From Ptychomitrium polyphyllum (taxonomy: Eukaryota): DNA of 64,000 bases. The notes under the pieces are model-generated. The model was not told the origin of the DNA. It made no database searches and worked only from the letters and a program-made list of their open reading frames with translations. The position numbers and the translations under genes are program-made. Numbering within the stretch: position 1 is the first letter of the stretch; the number at the start of each line of letters is the position of its first letter. The stretch spans positions 10,044,001 to 10,108,000 of the forward strand of contig OZ316776.1 in assembly GCA_973851085.1 (NCBI GenBank), given 5' to 3'. Below, piece by piece: positions 58,145-64,000 of this stretch.

Positions 58145-61100
58145 GGTCCAGCTTAGTTCGTACGACCCCAGCCTCAATCTTCCGACGACGTCGAATCCTA
58201 GTGACTTGTGGTGCAAATCCGCTACAACGAGAATTGTTCAAGCAGACTCAGCTCGGTCGCACCTGAATTTCAACCATTGATCTCATTCGCAATGCCTGTG
58301 TCCAAGTCCTGAACCTGGAAAGAGCTCTTCCCAGTATATTTCTCCAACAGTCGGTAGGGTGTGGACAGTAGTACTTGTCCCTCGAATCTCCTCCTGATAT
58401 ACCGTCGCTTGATTAATGCAGGCACAAGGTTCACAACTCCAATCTCGCAGCTTCACCCCATCTGTGATACTGACAAACGTCTATCTGAAGCTCAAACTAA
58501 CCAGCAGTCCTCTCTTCCTATCTCTCGCAATGCTCACTTTTGATAAACCCGTGCCCTTAATATTGCCGCACGGTTCCATTTACGCACCTGTGGCGTACGA
58601 ATTTGATCAAAGCCACTGGTACAGAAAAGATACACTATTATGAGGACAGCATCACCGCGCGCTCAGTTGAAGAAGCCGAACGAAGTCCTCTGAAGATTGA
58701 AGCTCGAAGCTCATTGAGCTGCTGGTTAACGAGACTGGCAGACGCGTCCACAGGAAGCACCTGGCACCGGTGGATATCGACGACCTCGCACAAGTAGCAC
58801 GGCTTCCAAAAGGGAGCACCTGAAAATCTTGTTACATCGCATCGCCTCTGAAACTGGCGCACTCAACCAGGTCAATCCCTCTGACAATGACTGTGTGCCC
58901 AGTTTCAACACACGTCAACTCTGAAGTGGAAGACTCACATCTCATCTCTCAACTCTAGCTGACTCGGGGTCCCCGACCCAATCTTCGATTACTCCATGTG
59001 ATTAGCGGTGGGAAAGACGTCCCAAGACAGCCTCGGCGGTTTGCTCCGTCGGGGTTATTACCAGGACGTTAAGGACAGTAAAAGTTGCAACACACATTCG
59101 GCGTTTGAACCACACGAGCACGCACTTGCTTAGTCCTGAAGTTCAAACGAGCGTTTCAAACCCCAATCGCTGCACAAAGTCAAATCTACTGTTGCGCTGG
59201 ACGGGTGCGATATATGTGGCGACTTTTGCGACCGGTAGATTGACCGGAAGTTGTTGACGTGGAAAACAGCGATGCAGTGGGCATCACCGACTCTGGAACG
59301 GAACAGCAGCAGCTCCCGGTCAATTTTCAACATGATCTGTGCCTCCTTTTGTGATGTTATTGGTTGCACTCGTGCGGGAATCTACGTGGAAATGAATAAT
59401 TGTTTTTACTCTACAGCTAATGCGAGTTACCGAAGAGTCCTTCAGCAGGAAGATGATGAGATTCGGTAAATGAAAAGAAGAATCTCGTTACCGAGTTCGA
59501 TAGAAAGGCGGTAGATCGTTGTTTGTGACGACTAGGACTGAACCTGTACCGCGTCGCAGACTCCCATGTAAGTTTTATATATATACAAAGGTTCCACTGA
59601 AATGCCAAGCTCGACCAGGTGCCAAGTTCCAAGCCCCAGTGTGTGCAATTGTGGTAACTTACCACTGGCGTCCGGGCCAAACTTGTGGACTAGTCTGCTC
59701 TGTTCAACAGTCCCTACTTCTCTTTGTGGGCCACAGAATCACTCCCTGGGGCTGGCATGAGAACATTGGATATTCGCTTCTGGCAGCTTGGTATGAGAGG
59801 GGCGTGAGGCTCGTCTTGAGATTTCAATGCAATCGCGTCTCCTTTCTGTGAATGTATTAAAGTAAACTAAATACTGAAATATTGAAAGTTCGTCGGAGAT
59901 TCATCAACTTGGGATCGTCACTTGGTAACTAATTTTTACATTAAATTAATTTGTAGGGTCCTCCTTGCAGGTGAGTCGGATGAATTTGGTTAGTTCTTCC
60001 TTTCTTCAACAAAAGATGTGACTTGCAAAAGGGCAAACACCTGGATGGAGATTCAGCTGTTTGTATCTTGGTCAATACAAGGAAGACTCAGTATAACCTT
60101 GTCGAGACAGGACCCTGGTGGCAAGTTGACATCTCAGAAACTGCCAATATAGATGTAAACCAGGTGCTCAGAACTAGACTTGGGAATGCAACAAACAGAC
60201 TACTCTTTGAGAAGACCCAGTATCCTACGGTAATTGTGACCTCATTCTTCTTCTTCTTCTTCTTCTGCTTTTGTTAATTTTCATTATAATTATAAAAAAA
60301 ATTCCAGCACTAAAGGTATGCTATATTAATTCCAGTGATTCTGCCATTTGGATTATGAAGCAGAGAAAGCTTGATGGCATGCTTCTTGTGACTTGTGACT
60401 TCATTGATACCGTGAGAAACCAAGTAATTCTGTATTCTGATTAGCTGTGATGGCAACTTGGCCACTTTGATGGCCTCCCAGCACCATGAATAACGCCCAC
60501 TAAAGTAGCACTGCTTTTCATGCATTTATAGTGTAAGCTTTTGTGGTAATTCTCCACCATTTCAGGAACCTTCTGTGTGGGATGTCAAGAAATTCCATTA
60601 TGCCAAGCAGACATTATCTTCCTGAACTCCGCTCTTGACAAGTGTAGTCGACTACACAACACCGTAATAGTTTTGGACCTGTGAAACCGACACCTTAACA
60701 ATCTTGGTACATTGAAAATCGATCATTCCCTTTGAAAATGATTTTCAAACTTCCTTTTAGCTCCAATAAATGTATAAATTACAGTGTTTCAAATTTCTAT
60801 TCCACTCTAAGATGAAGAAAAGTCCAAGAAATGCATATTCCTATTGATACTATTAGTTCAGTTCTTGGTATCACATGTAGACTACAGTTTGAATGTTCTC
60901 TGTTTAAACTTACACAAGTTAGAATCCGTAAAAGCTGCTGTGAAGACTATATTGCTATATATTGTTGTTTTTGTTTTCAATCAAAATCTGAAATGATATA
61001 AAGCTTTTCATCCATATCATTATTTTAAGCATTGTTATAAATGTCATATTTGCAAAAGCAGCTAAGTAAAATATGATTGCTAATGATTGCTTAATTTTTT

Positions 61101-64000
61101 TTAAATTAAAAAGTAATCCTTTCAGTTTTCAAATCGAAACATAGTTGAAAAATGAAAAATAAAAATTAAGGGTTTATTACATGGTTTTTGAGCCTCAGTT
61201 ACATGTATTTAATACTTGTTATTTGTAAAAGTGGAAAAAATAAAACATATCATAAAAGATAGTTCAATAAAGAAAATTTTGAAGGATTTTTAGATCATTG
61301 GTCCTTCTTTTTCGAATTGTTTAATTAAGTGTTATGCCTACTTTACTAATTGAGAATTTAAAGGCCACTATAAACTCTTGGCTTAATAATTTTGCAAGTT
61401 GTAATATAATAAATCTAGGAATTTGTTAAAGAACACTTCAAAAGGGTTGTAGTCACCTTTCATCTCAATATGTCTATGGTTGTTAAGGATTTGAACTTTT
61501 AATGTAAAGAGAGCCCCTCAATTATCTATATATGTTTAAATATTTAGTAATACAAAATTCAAATTAAACATATTGTGTATTAAAAATATTTCATATTAAA
61601 AATTTAACATTTCTGTATTGTTTTTATGGAAAATAGCCATTTAAAGATTCTTTGTGTATGATTAAAAAGTGAAAATATGCAATGATCCATGCTTATTTGG
61701 TGTTATAGTTGACTGGATTACTTAATACAAAAAATTGAAGTATTAGAAAAGTAAAAAATTTAATGCATTGGATAAATTAAAGAGTATTTTTTCATGGAAA
61801 AAATAGAACTCCATTTATTGTTTCTAAATCCATTTATAATTGGATGGCAACATTGCTTATTTACAATGTATTTATGAAAAAAATATTGGTGCTTTTGGCA
61901 TCAAAAATTTTATGTTAAATTTAATTTTTGAATTTTAATTATATCTTTTGGATATTAGTACAAGATTATAAACGACTATTAAAAGAATCAATGGAAATGA
62001 TGTGGCAATGAATGCCAAGCTATGCTAAGTGGATGTAATGAAGTTTAATCAATATTTTTTTTATTAAATTACAATTTAATTGGACTTTTAAATGGCATTT
62101 AGAATTATGAGAGTGTTATATAAATGATTTAGAATTATTTGCTAAGTCAAGTCTTAGGAATATAGTTTAAAAGAATAAAACATTAAAAAGGATTTTCAAA
62201 GAGATGTTAGTGCAACCATTCAGTAAAGCTTTTGCATTATTTCATACGCTTGCATTTGTTGATTTTTTCTTTGTAGAATGAGAGATAACTTGATTTATGT
62301 GTTTACTTGCCAAAATATTTAGACGGTTTCTTGAAAATTTTAAATTGCTTGGTCTCTTTATTTTAATATTATTATAAGTTAATTTCTTGAATAAAAGGAA
62401 AAAGAAATTTAAGTAGAAAATAATATTAGAATTTGTGAAGGTTGTGCGTAGTAAGCATCTTTTAATGCAAACAACCATAGTCCAACATGTCAAATGTTGC
62501 CATTGTGATCTAATATGATACTAAGAACCCAAGGTTTTATATCCATGGCAATAGAATATATGGACCTTAAAGTAATTTGATTTATTTATTTTTCATTTAT
62601 ATCCATTTTAGAAATTTTAATTCAATTTTTTTTTTATTTTCGTTTTTTTTGTTGTATTTTTCTTTAAAAGATTTTTTAAAGTATAATGGAAGAACTTTTA
62701 AGGTTTAAATTTTATATTAGCATTTATTAAATTCAAGTTGAATTTTTAGTGGTAGGTTCTTTTAATTAATTAATTATTTTTGCAAGTTTTTATAACTTTT
62801 GGCCATCTATTGTTGGTGTGTGTCAATAGCTTTGATCCATTTTTTCTTTTATCATTTGTTGTTTGGAAAAAGAGATGTAATTTTTGATTTTAGAGTTTTG
62901 TATTTGGTATTTTTTCTTAATTGCAAGAATTGTTGCCATCAATGTATATTGTTGCCTCATTTTGTATTAATATAGTATGAATTTAATAAGTGTATTACAA
63001 AGATGAGATTGAATTAATGGTTGAAAAATCCTTTTGGATATATTAATTGGGTGGTGCTTATATGAATTGTGGTGACAAAAAAGTGACATTTTGTGAATTG
63101 CAAGTTTGGAGGTAATGGCATGTATATGCTGCTTTTAAGCCTTTAGATAAATGTAGATTATCAAATAATTTTTTTCATGGTATATATTAGAAGTCAATAT
63201 TATCAATTTTCAACATTAGACTACTTAGTGGATGATTATATTGAAGACCTTGAATCAATAATGAACACCAAGATGGCTTTCGAGTCTATTTTGACTTTAT
63301 ACACCATTAAGAAGTTTTGGCTCTTTAATAATGAAAAATATTTGAAGAGATGGAAGATGATTCTCATTAATTAATTAAGGATTGACTTTTGAGATTAATT
63401 AGAGCATATTTTGTTGATAAAAGTTTACCCGCCTATGCAAACTGTGAACCTTTGGTCATCCATAAGCATTCATCCACTCAAAATACTTGCATATGCATAA
63501 ATTCATCCAAACCTACGAACATTAATGCTGCTTACTACCCTATACAAGCTAGCAACTATGCTGATTTAATATTGCAAAAGAATATTGAGTACTTTTGTGG
63601 CTTACAAAATAAGACTTATATTTTGTACGTTTGAATAAGCACACTCTACGTTTGGAGATATTTTCAAACAATAGAAGATGAAAACAAGACGGACAATTCA
63701 AACGGCAGAATTTGTACACGGAAGTGACAACTATCACGGGTTGCAAGCGCTGCGTGATTCTTCACATTCACGCTCGAAGCTATCTGGGTTGCTGATCTTG
63801 TGCGCCATGTGTTTTCACTAGAGGTTATCATTTGTGGAGTATGACCTGCCTGCCTCTACTCGTTGAATCTCCATCTCAACAATGTTTGCGATGGCTGGGC
63901 ACAGTGATTTGAACCGCCCTAACTGCCCACATCTTGACTCTGAAAGCCGCCAGATTCGGTCGGTTGCCAAATTGTGAGATCCAGTTGGTTGAAGCTCTAA

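Noticed and set aside
60023..60277. PWWQVD motif resembling F-type lectin/discoidin domains
   Set aside because: An isolated 6-residue similarity with no other domain motifs, and no coherent gene model could be built.
60800..63650. AT-rich block as an identifiable transposase or Helitron
   Set aside because: It is probably decayed TE DNA, but I could not read any diagnostic motif or terminus, so no family is assigned.

Overview
Eukaryotic, intron-containing plant DNA. The gene style and the alternation of GC-balanced genes with very AT-rich decayed blocks suggest a moss or other bryophyte (inference, not proven). I assembled ten protein-coding genes by hand from GT-AG junctions: class III peroxidase (-), SYT6/NTMC2T3-type SMP-C2 protein (-), F-box/kelch-type protein with an unexplained N-terminal domain (+), secreted polyamine oxidase (+), GDSL lipase (-), a head-to-head pair of class I RNase T2 genes, HAS1/DDX18 DEAD-box helicase (-), CHIP TPR/U-box E3 ligase (+) and a non-RD LRR receptor kinase (-). 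There is also a multiply disabled BASS5/6 transporter pseudogene (+). The most notable observations: (1) the RNase T2 pair has diverged asymmetrically, one copy reading TT instead of GT at its intron-2 donor and the other lacking intron 3 and carrying a basic propeptide and a DNEL tail; (2) an inverted ~79%-identical copy of the GDSL last-exon start lies 0.4 kb past the GDSL stop and could form a hairpin; (3) the FLS2-like kinase lacks the alphaC Glu; (4) the peroxidase and the polyamine oxidase have active-site variants. No rRNA, tRNA, CRISPR array or intact transposase was seen. I cannot claim a new biological system from sequence alone.
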